This document shows, piece by piece, positions 27,748-37,271 of a DNA stretch of 44,158 nt. Position numbers and translations under genes: made by a program. Position 1 is the first letter of the stretch. Every line of letters begins with the position of its first letter. The notes under the pieces were generated by a model. It was not told the origin of the DNA. It saw nothing but the letters and a program-made list of their open reading frames with translations, and searched no databases. Source of the stretch: a virus (lineage: Duplodnaviria > Caudoviricetes); the IMG/VR virus record IMGVR_UViG_3300047561_001935, positions 1 to 44,158 of that record; one strand, given 5' to 3'.

Positions 27748-28371
27748 GTGAACTACAGTACACTGGACATACACCTGGTTGTAGCAAAATACAAAGAAAA
27801 TATAGATTGGGCCGTAAATGCAGGTGTGCCTCACACAATCTATAACAAAGACCAGGAGTGTAAAGATTCACGCTTCATTAATTTACCCAACATAGGAAGA
27901 GAAGCGCATACATACTTGCACTACATCGTGACTAATTACCACAATTTGCCTGATTACGTATTTTTCTCTGAAGGCAACTGTCTGTCCAACAGACCTCTGG
28001 AAACCATGGAACCGATTGAAAATCTTTATAGTGAAATAAAGAATTTTAGAGGCATGCCACGGGTCAAGCCGATGGGTACCCGTGTTGTGGAGCGAATAGA
28101 AGGTGATCAAACATGCTATGAATTAAATTTAAATGTAGTAAGAGTGTATGAAAAGCTATTTAAAATTGAACAAACAGAATTTGTCTATTATATTGGTGGT
28201 CAATTAATTGTACCAAGATCCAGAATAACATTTCATTCACATAATTTCTATAAACACCTATATGAAAATATTTCTGATGTAAGAGGGGTTGGGTATTGTG
28301 CATGGACTCTGGAACGACTTTGGCCTTACATTTACAATGGAAAAACTAAGAGTGTTATAGATGATTGTTAA
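27748..28371 (+). CDS. DUF3431 family protein
   Basis: LVVAKYKENIDW, IYNK, LPNIGREAHTYLHYIVTNY..LPDYVFF and LERLW motifs. Confidence 0.8.
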   Translation: MNYSTLDIHLVVAKYKENIDWAVNAGVPHTIYNKDQECKDSRFINLPNIGREAHTYLHYIVTNYHNLPDYVFFSEGNCLSNRPLETMEPIENLYSEIKNFRGMPRVKPMGTRVVERIEGDQTCYELNLNVVRVYEKLFKIEQTEFVYYIGGQLIVPRSRITFHSHNFYKHLYENISDVRGVGYCAWTLERLWPYIYNGKTKSVIDDC

Positions 28372-29305
28372 ACCAAATTTCATAAACCTAAAAGTACTGT
28401 ATAGAACTGATACAACTATAGCAATTTTTATTAGCACCTGGATACATGATGCAATCCTTTTTACTAAAATTGAAATGCTCTTTAATGAAATTAGATCTCA
28501 TTATAAAAAGGTGTATGTGTTTTTAATACCGTGGTGGTATAAGGATGGTGTCAATCACTATAAGCTGCTGGAAAAATACACTACAAATGTTACAATGCTG
28601 GCAAATTCAATTGATGAGGATCTTTTTTATAAGAGACACAAATTAAATTCAATATATTGCAATCAAAATTGTTGGCTAGATGCATCCATCTTTAATATAA
28701 TATCGATAGAAAAAGAGTATGACCTGGTTATTAATGCCAATAATTCCGAATGGAAAAATCATCATATGCTAGCAGATATTAACAAGAAATACAAAACACT
28801 CTTCATAACATACAATACGTCAATTAATAATTTACAAAGATATAACCCTGCATGTATTTTGAATGAAATTCGTACATATAGGGTAGTAGAAGAGCTTAAC
28901 AAATGTAGAGTTGGATTAGCTCTATCCACAAAAGAAGGATCCTGTTATGCATCTACAGAATATCTGCTGTGTGGATTGCCAGTGATTAGTACGAAGAGTG
29001 TTGGAGGGAGACAGGGATGGTATGACGAGCATAATTCAATTGTGGTTAACCCTAACGGACCAGAGCTAGACAAAGCGATTGAAGGTGCATTAAAGAATAT
29101 TGATACCTTTAACAGTGTGGACATAAGAAACAACTGCATAAAGAAGCAACAAATGTTTAGAACCATCTTTGCTGAACAAATGCAAAAAATCTTACCTGAA
29201 GCGAATGTCAAATTACTTATTGATAATGCATTTACCCACAAAATGCTAAATTACATGAAGGTTGATAACATCACATTAGATTATATAATAAATCATGAAA
29301 TTTAA
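28361..29305 (+). CDS. Glycosyltransferase (GT-B, GT4-like)
   Basis: KNH, LALSTKEGSCYASTEYLLCGLPVIST (ExxxxxxxE) motif. Confidence 0.8.
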   Translation: MIVKPNFINLKVLYRTDTTIAIFISTWIHDAILFTKIEMLFNEIRSHYKKVYVFLIPWWYKDGVNHYKLLEKYTTNVTMLANSIDEDLFYKRHKLNSIYCNQNCWLDASIFNIISIEKEYDLVINANNSEWKNHHMLADINKKYKTLFITYNTSINNLQRYNPACILNEIRTYRVVEELNKCRVGLALSTKEGSCYASTEYLLCGLPVISTKSVGGRQGWYDEHNSIVVNPNGPELDKAIEGALKNIDTFNSVDIRNNCIKKQQMFRTIFAEQMQKILPEANVKLLIDNAFTHKMLNYMKVDNITLDYIINHEI

Positions 29306-30053
29306 TTGTCAGCTCAATATAGAAGAACTATCATTTCTTCAAGCCGCAATTAACAGCTACAGCTACAGTGACAACTTGCTCAAGACGAATCTACTTGCAT
29401 TAATATCTGAAGCAATACAATTAAGGCAGTTTAGCGATAAATTTTGCACACACCTAAGAGCACTTACTGCTAAAGCCAGAATATTAAAGAAAATTAACAA
29501 TCAATATGAGGAGAGTGTGTTGGTTGGAGAACAAGAAGGCACATACAATGATAAATTAAAAAATAATGAAATCTTTACAGATAGAGAGATTCTATTGGTT
29601 TCTTTAATAAAGAATTATTTTTATGATAAAAGGATACTTGAAGTGGGTTGTGGTACTGGGCAAATTGCCATTTTTCTAAAAACTTGTGGTGTTGATATTG
29701 AAGCTTGCGATCTAGCCCCATACAGACAGAACCTCTCTCTACAGATGTGTAAATTCTTTAATATTGATCTGCCAGTATATAATCAACCATTTCAAGAGCT
29801 TGATCTAGGCAAATATGATGTAATTATTGCAGCTAATATCAGACACTCAAAAAATAACTTTTTAAAAGATAGAATACTATTTGAAAATTTTCTATTATCA
29901 GAAAATAAATTTGTCGTATTAGATTGGACAGATTACTCTACTGTTGAAGAGGACAAGGATACAATTAAAAGCTTCGCAAGAATACAGATAGACAGGGTTT
30001 TAAATTTTATTCAAACAAGAAATGGGCTAACACAAAGATATGCAAATCTCTGA
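29295..30053 (+). CDS. Class I SAM-dependent methyltransferase
   Basis: ILEVGCGTG, IEACD, YDVII motifs. Confidence 0.8.
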   Translation: MKFNCQLNIEELSFLQAAINSYSYSDNLLKTNLLALISEAIQLRQFSDKFCTHLRALTAKARILKKINNQYEESVLVGEQEGTYNDKLKNNEIFTDREILLVSLIKNYFYDKRILEVGCGTGQIAIFLKTCGVDIEACDLAPYRQNLSLQMCKFFNIDLPVYNQPFQELDLGKYDVIIAANIRHSKNNFLKDRILFENFLLSENKFVVLDWTDYSTVEEDKDTIKSFARIQIDRVLNFIQTRNGLTQRYANL

Positions 30054-31440
30054 TTCAAGAATAGATGATTTATATTGTAGTTTTAGTGAAATAAACACTA
30101 AAAAACATACAGCTTTTACAAAAGAAGAATTCGTAACAAAGCTGGAATATGAATTACTCAATAATCCCAGAGTAAGAAATAATAACACAGTTTCTTCGGC
30201 TATCGATTATTTAGTTATCTCAGAAAAGCTCCCGTACGAGACAATAGCAGGCTTCGTACACAACGAATTGGTTGAAGAATTTAAATATAATAAACCTATT
30301 AAAAATTTTAAATTTAAAAACAGTAAGAATTGCTGCATTGCGCCATACTCAACCCTAAACTTTGATACCACTGGTAAGATAAGAGTGTGTTGCTATAACA
30401 ATTACTTCATATTGGGTGCATACCCGGTATCCTCAATAGCGGATGCCTGGAATAACCCTGAACGAGATTCATTTATTCAAAAGCTCTCTAGATTGGAATT
30501 TCCCAAGGGTTGCGAGAAATGCAGATTTCAAGTTGTTACAAACAACATCAATAATGCACTATTCACTAAATTTGACGTATATGAACCAGTTCTATCTGAT
30601 ATGCCTATCAATATGGAGTTTGAATTTGGTAACATTTGTAATTTTGAATGTATAATGTGTGGTGGTAAATGGTCTTCATCAATCAGAAAAAATAGAGAGA
30701 AGCTGCCACCAATCATATCGCCATATGATGATAACTTTGTGAATGAGCTTGTACCGTTCATTAAACACCTAAGACTTGCCAACTTCTTAGGAGGGGAACC
30801 GTTTCTAACATCCCTATATTATAAGATATGGGATAAAATATTTGAGCATAATCCTAGCTGTGCAGTATATGTAACAACTAACGGGTCCATATTGTCACCT
30901 AAAGTCAGAGAGTACCTTACCAAGAGTAACATGAGAGTGGTTGTTTCTCTTGATTCTCTCCAGAGAGACACATATGAGCTCATACGCAAGAACGGAAATT
31001 TTAATTTGGTCATGAAGAATGTTTTTGAGTTCTTAGCAATGAAGAGATTATCAACAATTGCGTTTTGCCCACTCATACAAAACGTGTTAGAACTGCCAGC
31101 AATAGCAAAATTTTGTATAGATAATGGTATTGCGCTATATATAAACACTGTCACCAAGCCGCTTGGTGGAAGAATAAAAGGAATTCATGAGGGTGAAGCA
31201 AACAACACGAGCGTTTGGACAGGAGATGATAGCAAGATGGAACAAGTCATTGATGCCAAGGGACCTTTGATACCTGAATTTTGCCTATCCTCTCTAAGTG
31301 CTGAACAGCTAGATACAATTGCCAAAACACTTACCAACCATATAGATACTCTTTCTGCAAATAAGACCATACAGCGACAATATATTGATTTTGTAAAATC
31401 GCTGAACGGTTATAAGTATAACAAAACTGATAACATATGA
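30040..31440 (+). CDS. Radical SAM enzyme with N-terminal twitch/SPASM-like domain
   Basis: CIAPY...G.IRVCC...W...CEKC ahead of CNFECIMC (CxxxCxxC), GGEPF, TTNGS, VSLDS. Confidence 0.9.
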   Translation: MQISDSRIDDLYCSFSEINTKKHTAFTKEEFVTKLEYELLNNPRVRNNNTVSSAIDYLVISEKLPYETIAGFVHNELVEEFKYNKPIKNFKFKNSKNCCIAPYSTLNFDTTGKIRVCCYNNYFILGAYPVSSIADAWNNPERDSFIQKLSRLEFPKGCEKCRFQVVTNNINNALFTKFDVYEPVLSDMPINMEFEFGNICNFECIMCGGKWSSSIRKNREKLPPIISPYDDNFVNELVPFIKHLRLANFLGGEPFLTSLYYKIWDKIFEHNPSCAVYVTTNGSILSPKVREYLTKSNMRVVVSLDSLQRDTYELIRKNGNFNLVMKNVFEFLAMKRLSTIAFCPLIQNVLELPAIAKFCIDNGIALYINTVTKPLGGRIKGIHEGEANNTSVWTGDDSKMEQVIDAKGPLIPEFCLSSLSAEQLDTIAKTLTNHIDTLSANKTIQRQYIDFVKSLNGYKYNKTDNI

Positions 31441-32348
31441 ATATTGTAACAGATAATGTAATAAAAATAAGATTTACTACTCAGCTGCACGGCCCAATAC
31501 AAGAGGACTACCTTCTGCAAGGACGAAGCATATTAACTGGTCGCGACTTTAGCAAAGAGATAATAGACATCAAGCAAATTGAGTACCAAGTGGATCAAAA
31601 TGAAATGAAGTATTTCAGGAAAAATAAAAATCATGCTAGTTCCCTAGCAACTAACGACCCTACGATTAATCTTACATCAGAGCATTTCTTCATAGCCCGT
31701 AGCCTAGGTATCAATGTGCAAGACGTTTTTTATAGAAGAGAAGATATCCTATTAGCTGCCTATAGAAAAAAATTATTATTATTTCTAGAGCATAAGTACT
31801 GTAGAAATCGCTATTCAGAAAAAATTCATTCCAATATTGTATCCATTACAGATGGATCCATACTGCTGCAATATCTGCCGTTCAATACATTCTATCGAGA
31901 GAATAACACCTCACGTGCATACAATTACATTCATTCAATTAGGGTTAAGCTCTACAATATGCTGTACCCGGGGTTACAGGAATTTATTGAGTTGCACGAC
32001 AGGGAATACAATTGGATAACTGAATGTCTTAAGACGTTCAATATACAAGGGTTAAGATTTGCAGATTTTAATAGCGCAAATGAATCAGTGATGCAATCCA
32101 TGAGAATTCATTGGAAGCAGCTCATCTTTCAAACTTATGAAAAAGCCTTGGAGTTGTTAAGAGAAGAACAAGAGAGTGCCACTAAATTTGATGATAAAGA
32201 ATCTTTGAGAGAGATAGACTCAATACAAAGCGAGCTACAGAATACAGTATCAAATTTAAATCTTGAAAACTATATAACTCCAAATGAGTTGTTAAAATTT
32301 TGGCCAGATATCTTAGCTCCAGGACCGTCACTATTGTTCCCATATTAA
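31437..32348 (+). CDS. Hypothetical protein with C-terminal tail-assembly-chaperone-like helical domain
   Basis: C-terminus WKQLI...KAL..L...EID.I..EL...ELLKFWPDILAP is shared with 37272..38162. Confidence 0.6.
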   Translation: MNIVTDNVIKIRFTTQLHGPIQEDYLLQGRSILTGRDFSKEIIDIKQIEYQVDQNEMKYFRKNKNHASSLATNDPTINLTSEHFFIARSLGINVQDVFYRREDILLAAYRKKLLLFLEHKYCRNRYSEKIHSNIVSITDGSILLQYLPFNTFYRENNTSRAYNYIHSIRVKLYNMLYPGLQEFIELHDREYNWITECLKTFNIQGLRFADFNSANESVMQSMRIHWKQLIFQTYEKALELLREEQESATKFDDKESLREIDSIQSELQNTVSNLNLENYITPNELLKFWPDILAPGPSLLFPY

Positions 32349-33232
32349 TGAGTGTGTTTGATAGCGGTGCAGAGGATTTAGATCCCTTTATAACAAACAA
32401 GAGTACTGTGATAATAACCAGTACCACGTATGATTTTGTAGAAATGCTTTTAAACTGGTATGAGTCATTAAGGAGAGTTAATTTGCATGAATTAGCCTTT
32501 GTTATAGCATTAGATACAAAATCATACGACACACTACAGGCTAAAAATATTCCTTGTGCGCTTATAGATGCAAAGGTTGAAAACAATACTGCCGCACAAT
32601 GGATAGAGAATGCAAAGAGATTTAAGCCTCGAGGTGTTCTGCACTTATATAAGAACTACCCAGTAAATCTCATACATCTAGATACAGATATTATTTTTTT
32701 TAAAAACTTTATTCCAAGATTAGAACAAGATGTTGTTGGTTATGATATGATCATGGCATCAGACAGACGATTTGATGCCTTTACTCACAAACGGGTCAAA
32801 GATAGAATTATTACAGTAGACCATGGCAAGACAGCTGTTTCTGATTGGGGGCTGGCTGAACAAACAAAATTTGGAGAAAAAAACGGTGCTATAATGTACT
32901 TACCACAGAATAATAAAGAAAAAAATTTAGTATATCTAGAGAAAAATACTAGCGAGGAAATGTATAAAAAGTTTCCAATTGGCGTGCAGGAGGGTAGCTT
33001 GCAAACAATATCTAATAGCAAAGCATTAATTGAAGAAACAGGAATCAATATTAAGGTACTCTCAGTATATGATTTTCCAAATGGTAGTTTGTGGAAAATC
33101 CCGTATTTGAGAGACCAAATTAAAGATACGTGTTATCTTGTCCATTACAATTTTCACTCTCATGCAGATCCGAAAAATAGGTTAAAAGAGAAAATTGAAG
33201 CAATGAAATTATACGAACACTGGTATTTGTAG
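32348..33232 (+). CDS. Nucleotide-diphospho-sugar transferase (GT-A, GT77-like)
   Basis: EMLLNW..SL, VIALD, LDTDIIF (DxD), FPNG, VHYNF. Start at ATG 32348 overlapping the upstream stop (TAATG). Confidence 0.75.
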   Translation: MSVFDSGAEDLDPFITNKSTVIITSTTYDFVEMLLNWYESLRRVNLHELAFVIALDTKSYDTLQAKNIPCALIDAKVENNTAAQWIENAKRFKPRGVLHLYKNYPVNLIHLDTDIIFFKNFIPRLEQDVVGYDMIMASDRRFDAFTHKRVKDRIITVDHGKTAVSDWGLAEQTKFGEKNGAIMYLPQNNKEKNLVYLEKNTSEEMYKKFPIGVQEGSLQTISNSKALIEETGINIKVLSVYDFPNGSLWKIPYLRDQIKDTCYLVHYNFHSHADPKNRLKEKIEAMKLYEHWYL

Positions 33233-33264
33233 ATTTTTCAGTTAAATACTATAGAATAATATAT

Positions 33265-33513
33265 ATGGTGTCAACGAAAGATCACTTAATTGAGAGTAAT
33301 ATGAGTTATATATACCACTGCAAACATGGTATTATAAATGGTACTAGACTACTGCTTGGAGCTCTTGCAAGCTACGTACATAGCTTCTTTCCATCGCTTT
33401 TTCCTAGATATAGTATAATGACAGTGTTATCACTATACCATGAAATTAAGCGCTACTGCCATATTCAGAAGATTGAGCGTAGATATCTAGATGAACACAA
33501 AGAAAAAGACTAA
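33265..33513 (+). CDS. DUF6356-like small membrane-associated protein
   Basis: HL.E.NMSY..H...VHSFFP.LF pattern. Confidence 0.55.
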   Translation: MVSTKDHLIESNMSYIYHCKHGIINGTRLLLGALASYVHSFFPSLFPRYSIMTVLSLYHEIKRYCHIQKIERRYLDEHKEKD

Positions 33514-35026
33514 AGTCTGTATAGTTGGTGGAGGCTCAGCGGGCTGGATAACACTTGCATATTTGGCAGCCACAACCGACTTGGATTTAACTATGGTCTA
33601 TAGTGATGAGATAGATATTATTGGTGTTGGCGAGAGCACCACACCTACAGTGAAGTATATTGCTAGTACTGTGGGTATAGATGAGAGGACCTGGATGAAA
33701 GATTCAAAAGCCACTTTCAAGTACGGTGTAGATTTCATAAACTTTAACCGGATAGGTTCGCGCTGGTTCCATTCTTTTGATGATTTAATACCTCATCAGT
33801 GCTTTAGTACACCCCTCACACATTTTGGAAAAGAAATCTTTACACAAGATATAAGTAGTGTAGAATATTTCCTGACAAAGAGAAAAACCGATGCAACTTA
33901 TAATACAGATTGGTTCAACACAACACACGGTTGTCAACAGTTTTTGCTGGAGAATAAACTAAGCCCATACAATAAACACTACAAATCTAATATAGGCGAA
34001 TTTCCAGGCTATAGTTACCATGTTAATGCTTTTGAATTTGGAAAGTGCTTGAAAAAACATACACCTCCTCACAAATATAAGGAAATCATAAGCACAGTGG
34101 TTAAGGTTAATCATAATGAAGATGGTGTCAAGAGTATTTTATTAGATAATGGACGGACAATAGAAGCAGATGTATTTTTTGACTGCTCAGGCATGAAACA
34201 TGTCTTAACTAAAAGTCTTACCAAATGGGTAGAATATGCAGGACTACCTAACAATAGTGCTGTATTTGGACCCATTAAGAATTTACAACTTTTCAAGCCT
34301 GCTACTGAAGCAATTGCTCAAGAGGCTGGATGGGCATGGGTCACTCCAACACTAGGACAGGTGGGCACTGGTTACGTATTTTCTGATAATTTTATCTCTG
34401 AAGACAACGCAGTTCAAGCATTGAAAAATTTATGGAAGGCTAGAGGCCAGAGTTGGGAGCCTCTCAAAAGTGTTAAATTTAGCGCTGGTAGATTGGCAGA
34501 GGTGTCGTGTAAGAATGTTGTGAGCAATGGTCTTGGTCAGAGCTTCATAGAGCCTCTTGAAGCTACGAGCATTATGGTTACATGTGTAACAGTAATATTG
34601 TTTGCAAAAATCTTTAATAAGCACAAAGAATGGAATATTAGAAGCACAAGAGCACACAACTCAATAATGATAAAGTTTCTAGAAAATACGAAAAATTTCG
34701 TAAAATACCATTACCTTTTAACAGAGAGAACTGATAATGATTATTGGAAGCAATTTAAAAATAGTACTGCTGCACAAGAAGTTAGTAATACTATTAAAGC
34801 TAATCTTAAAGCTAAATGGGTAGATAGAGGTCAGACGCTATTTAATAAATGGAACTGGGCCAGCATGCTCATGGGGTATGACAAACCATACACGAGCACT
34901 CTACCAGATTTATGTAGCGATGAAATCTCTGAGTACACACATTACACAGACTTATTAATACGTAATTATAAGTTTTTGAACAAAGACAACCTTTCAATCA
35001 AGGAAGTATTGGAATCATTAAAATGA
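33491..35026 (+). CDS. Flavin-dependent tryptophan halogenase family protein
   Basis: IVGGGSAGW, IGVGESTTP, ATFKYG (catalytic Lys position), FFDCSG, GWAWVTP (WxWxIP variant), FIEPLEATSI. Confidence 0.9.
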   Translation: MNTKKKTKVCIVGGGSAGWITLAYLAATTDLDLTMVYSDEIDIIGVGESTTPTVKYIASTVGIDERTWMKDSKATFKYGVDFINFNRIGSRWFHSFDDLIPHQCFSTPLTHFGKEIFTQDISSVEYFLTKRKTDATYNTDWFNTTHGCQQFLLENKLSPYNKHYKSNIGEFPGYSYHVNAFEFGKCLKKHTPPHKYKEIISTVVKVNHNEDGVKSILLDNGRTIEADVFFDCSGMKHVLTKSLTKWVEYAGLPNNSAVFGPIKNLQLFKPATEAIAQEAGWAWVTPTLGQVGTGYVFSDNFISEDNAVQALKNLWKARGQSWEPLKSVKFSAGRLAEVSCKNVVSNGLGQSFIEPLEATSIMVTCVTVILFAKIFNKHKEWNIRSTRAHNSIMIKFLENTKNFVKYHYLLTERTDNDYWKQFKNSTAAQEVSNTIKANLKAKWVDRGQTLFNKWNWASMLMGYDKPYTSTLPDLCSDEISEYTHYTDLLIRNYKFLNKDNLSIKEVLESLK

Positions 35027-35319
35027 TTTTTGAAAATATAAAAGATAGCATTACGATATTGAGCAAATATCGGCAAAGATCATATTGGTCAAAACCCAAT
35101 GTAGTAGAGCTTTTATGCTTTATGAATAAGCTTTTAATTATTATTCCTGGTCTGCTGTTCGGATATCAGTGGTGGTGGCTATATATATTTGCTATCGTGT
35201 CAAGCTTGGGGCTTATCTGGAGCGGTACAATAAAGTTGCAACCAACTATCGTACTCTTTAATTATGCATGGACTGCACTCGCAATATGTGCTATAGCAAA
35301 GCATTTTTTATGCAATTAG
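35023..35319 (+). CDS. Small multi-pass membrane protein
   Basis: 98 aa with about three hydrophobic segments; ATGA overlap with the halogenase. Confidence 0.65.
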   Translation: MIFENIKDSITILSKYRQRSYWSKPNVVELLCFMNKLLIIIPGLLFGYQWWWLYIFAIVSSLGLIWSGTIKLQPTIVLFNYAWTALAICAIAKHFLCN

Positions 35320-35780
35320 TCTTTAAGCTCATTAATCCAAAATGCAAAGAAGAGGTTGAATATACCTACAGTCTTCTTGTCAAGAGGTATAGTATAGAAA
35401 ATACTGTAATTCGTGATACACCGAAACCTACATACGAACAGCACAAAACTAATATTACTAAGAAATTTTTGGATTATAGAATTATTTTTTTTAAGAATAT
35501 ACGCTTAGGTATTGTTGCGCTAAACAAAGACGGGTCACTGACTCACAACTATGATTTTAAATCGATCAAGACAAACATTAAGAACATATCACGCAAAAGC
35601 TTTGAGATTAGTTACAGCATATATTCTCAGTATATAAAATTATTAAATCTTAAGAAGAGTTTTGTTCGAATTAATCCGAGAAACCAAAAAGCACTTATTC
35701 TTTTTATGAAAATGCTTCAAACGCACCCAGAGCATGGCATATACGTTAAAGATATACAATTGAACCTCGTGCATGACTAA
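35310..35780 (+). CDS. Hypothetical protein, possibly degenerate GNAT acetyltransferase
   Basis: PTYEQH and RINPRNQKALILF recall PseH-like GNATs; start ATG 35310. Confidence 0.45.
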   Translation: MQLVFKLINPKCKEEVEYTYSLLVKRYSIENTVIRDTPKPTYEQHKTNITKKFLDYRIIFFKNIRLGIVALNKDGSLTHNYDFKSIKTNIKNISRKSFEISYSIYSQYIKLLNLKKSFVRINPRNQKALILFMKMLQTHPEHGIYVKDIQLNLVHD

Positions 35781-36402
35781 CACGTCTCCATTTACTGTGG
35801 TAGATCAATTTGAAGCAGAGATCGCCGCCTACGCTGGTTCAAAGTATGCAGTCGCTGTGGATTGCTGTACTAATGCTATCTTTCTATGTTTAAAGTATAT
35901 TAACAACCCACAAACTATTACTATACCAAAAAAGACATACATCTCTGTGCCATCTTCCATTATTCACGCAGGGTATGGAGTACAATTTGAAGATATAAGC
36001 TGGTCAGGTGTGTATCAGTTGAGGCCGCTTCCTGTTTTTGATGGAGCCGCAAGATTTAAAAGAGGAATGTATCAAGGTGGTTACCACTGTCTCTCCTTTC
36101 ACATCAAAAAACATATAAAAATCGGTAAGGGTGGTATGATTCTGACAGACGACAGAGAAGCTTACGATTGGCTCAGGTTAGCGAGATTTAACGGCCGCAA
36201 TCCTGTGCCATATGATGTGGATAAGTTTAATATGGTCGGGTGGAATTACTATATGACAGGCATGGACGCTGCCCGTGGTCTGTGGCTGTTGGCATGTGGT
36301 GAACAGGAATACCCTGACTTGCCCATGGAGAATTACCCTGATCTGTCCATATACAGCCTTGATCGTGCAAGAGGTGGGGATAAATTATACAGATATGATT
36401 GA
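35773..36402 (+). CDS. DegT/DnrJ/EryC1/StrS PLP-dependent sugar aminotransferase (short form)
   Basis: FEAEIAAYAGSKYAVAVDCCTNA, FDGA, CLSFHIKKH..IGKGGMILTD, GWNYYM. Confidence 0.85.
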   Translation: MTNTSPFTVVDQFEAEIAAYAGSKYAVAVDCCTNAIFLCLKYINNPQTITIPKKTYISVPSSIIHAGYGVQFEDISWSGVYQLRPLPVFDGAARFKRGMYQGGYHCLSFHIKKHIKIGKGGMILTDDREAYDWLRLARFNGRNPVPYDVDKFNMVGWNYYMTGMDAARGLWLLACGEQEYPDLPMENYPDLSIYSLDRARGGDKLYRYD

Positions 36403-37270
36403 ATACCTGTCAAAAATTACTGTTAACGGTAGAGCCATTGAGATTCCAGTAACAGCGGAAAGAATTGAGGCTGGCGAAGATGTGGTGTTATTCAATCAAG
36501 ATATGCCACCTAGTTTTGAAGCAGATTGGATGCAGACAGGGTACACAGTTCAAGACTTCTTAACTCCAGAAGAAAATGAATCTATCAAACAAGCTGCACA
36601 AACTGGCATAAAGAACAGCATGGACGAGCTTAATATCCCTTCAGAGGGATTTACACTGGAGAAGTATCATGAATTTGTTAATGATGAAACGCACATGCAG
36701 GTTGTTGATCAAATTCGTGCAGGGGGTGATGGTACTGGTGGCATTCCATATAATAGATTGCCTGTGTCTTTGGAGCGTATAGAAGAACGTATCAGTCAAA
36801 TATGCAATTGTAAGGTTGTAGGCAGAAAAACCTTCAATTGTGGTGAAGGAAAAACTATAACGTCGAGTTGTTTCTGGGTGAGAATTGTTAGGCCCCAGAA
36901 ATTCAAAGACAACAATCCTCCACACAGAGACAATCATCTTGATCGTGGTGGTGATGAAGGCAAGAAAGCAGTAAACTTGTATTATCCATTAGCAGGTAGC
37001 AATGAGAATTCAGCATTACCAATTATACCAGGCAGCCACTTGTGGTCAGAGAAGGACACAGTTAGAACGTTCGGCCAAGTATTTGTTAACGGTGTCAAAT
37101 TTACAAACCCAGCAATTGTAGACTCTGTGCATGGTCTTAATCTAATAACTCCAAACCCTAAGTTTAATCAAGTCATGGTATTTACCCCTTATGTTATTCA
37201 TGGTGGTGGGTTCAATTTCAATAGTGATGTGACACGGGTTTCATTGGAAATGCGATTCTGGCGACCATAA
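36395..37270 (+). CDS. Fe(II)/2-oxoglutarate dioxygenase (phytanoyl-CoA dioxygenase-like)
   Basis: PPHRD (HxD), LPIIPGSH, IHGG, TRVSLEMRF; start ATG 36395. Confidence 0.85.
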   Translation: MIEYLSKITVNGRAIEIPVTAERIEAGEDVVLFNQDMPPSFEADWMQTGYTVQDFLTPEENESIKQAAQTGIKNSMDELNIPSEGFTLEKYHEFVNDETHMQVVDQIRAGGDGTGGIPYNRLPVSLERIEERISQICNCKVVGRKTFNCGEGKTITSSCFWVRIVRPQKFKDNNPPHRDNHLDRGGDEGKKAVNLYYPLAGSNENSALPIIPGSHLWSEKDTVRTFGQVFVNGVKFTNPAIVDSVHGLNLITPNPKFNQVMVFTPYVIHGGGFNFNSDVTRVSLEMRFWRP

Positions 37271-37271
37271 T

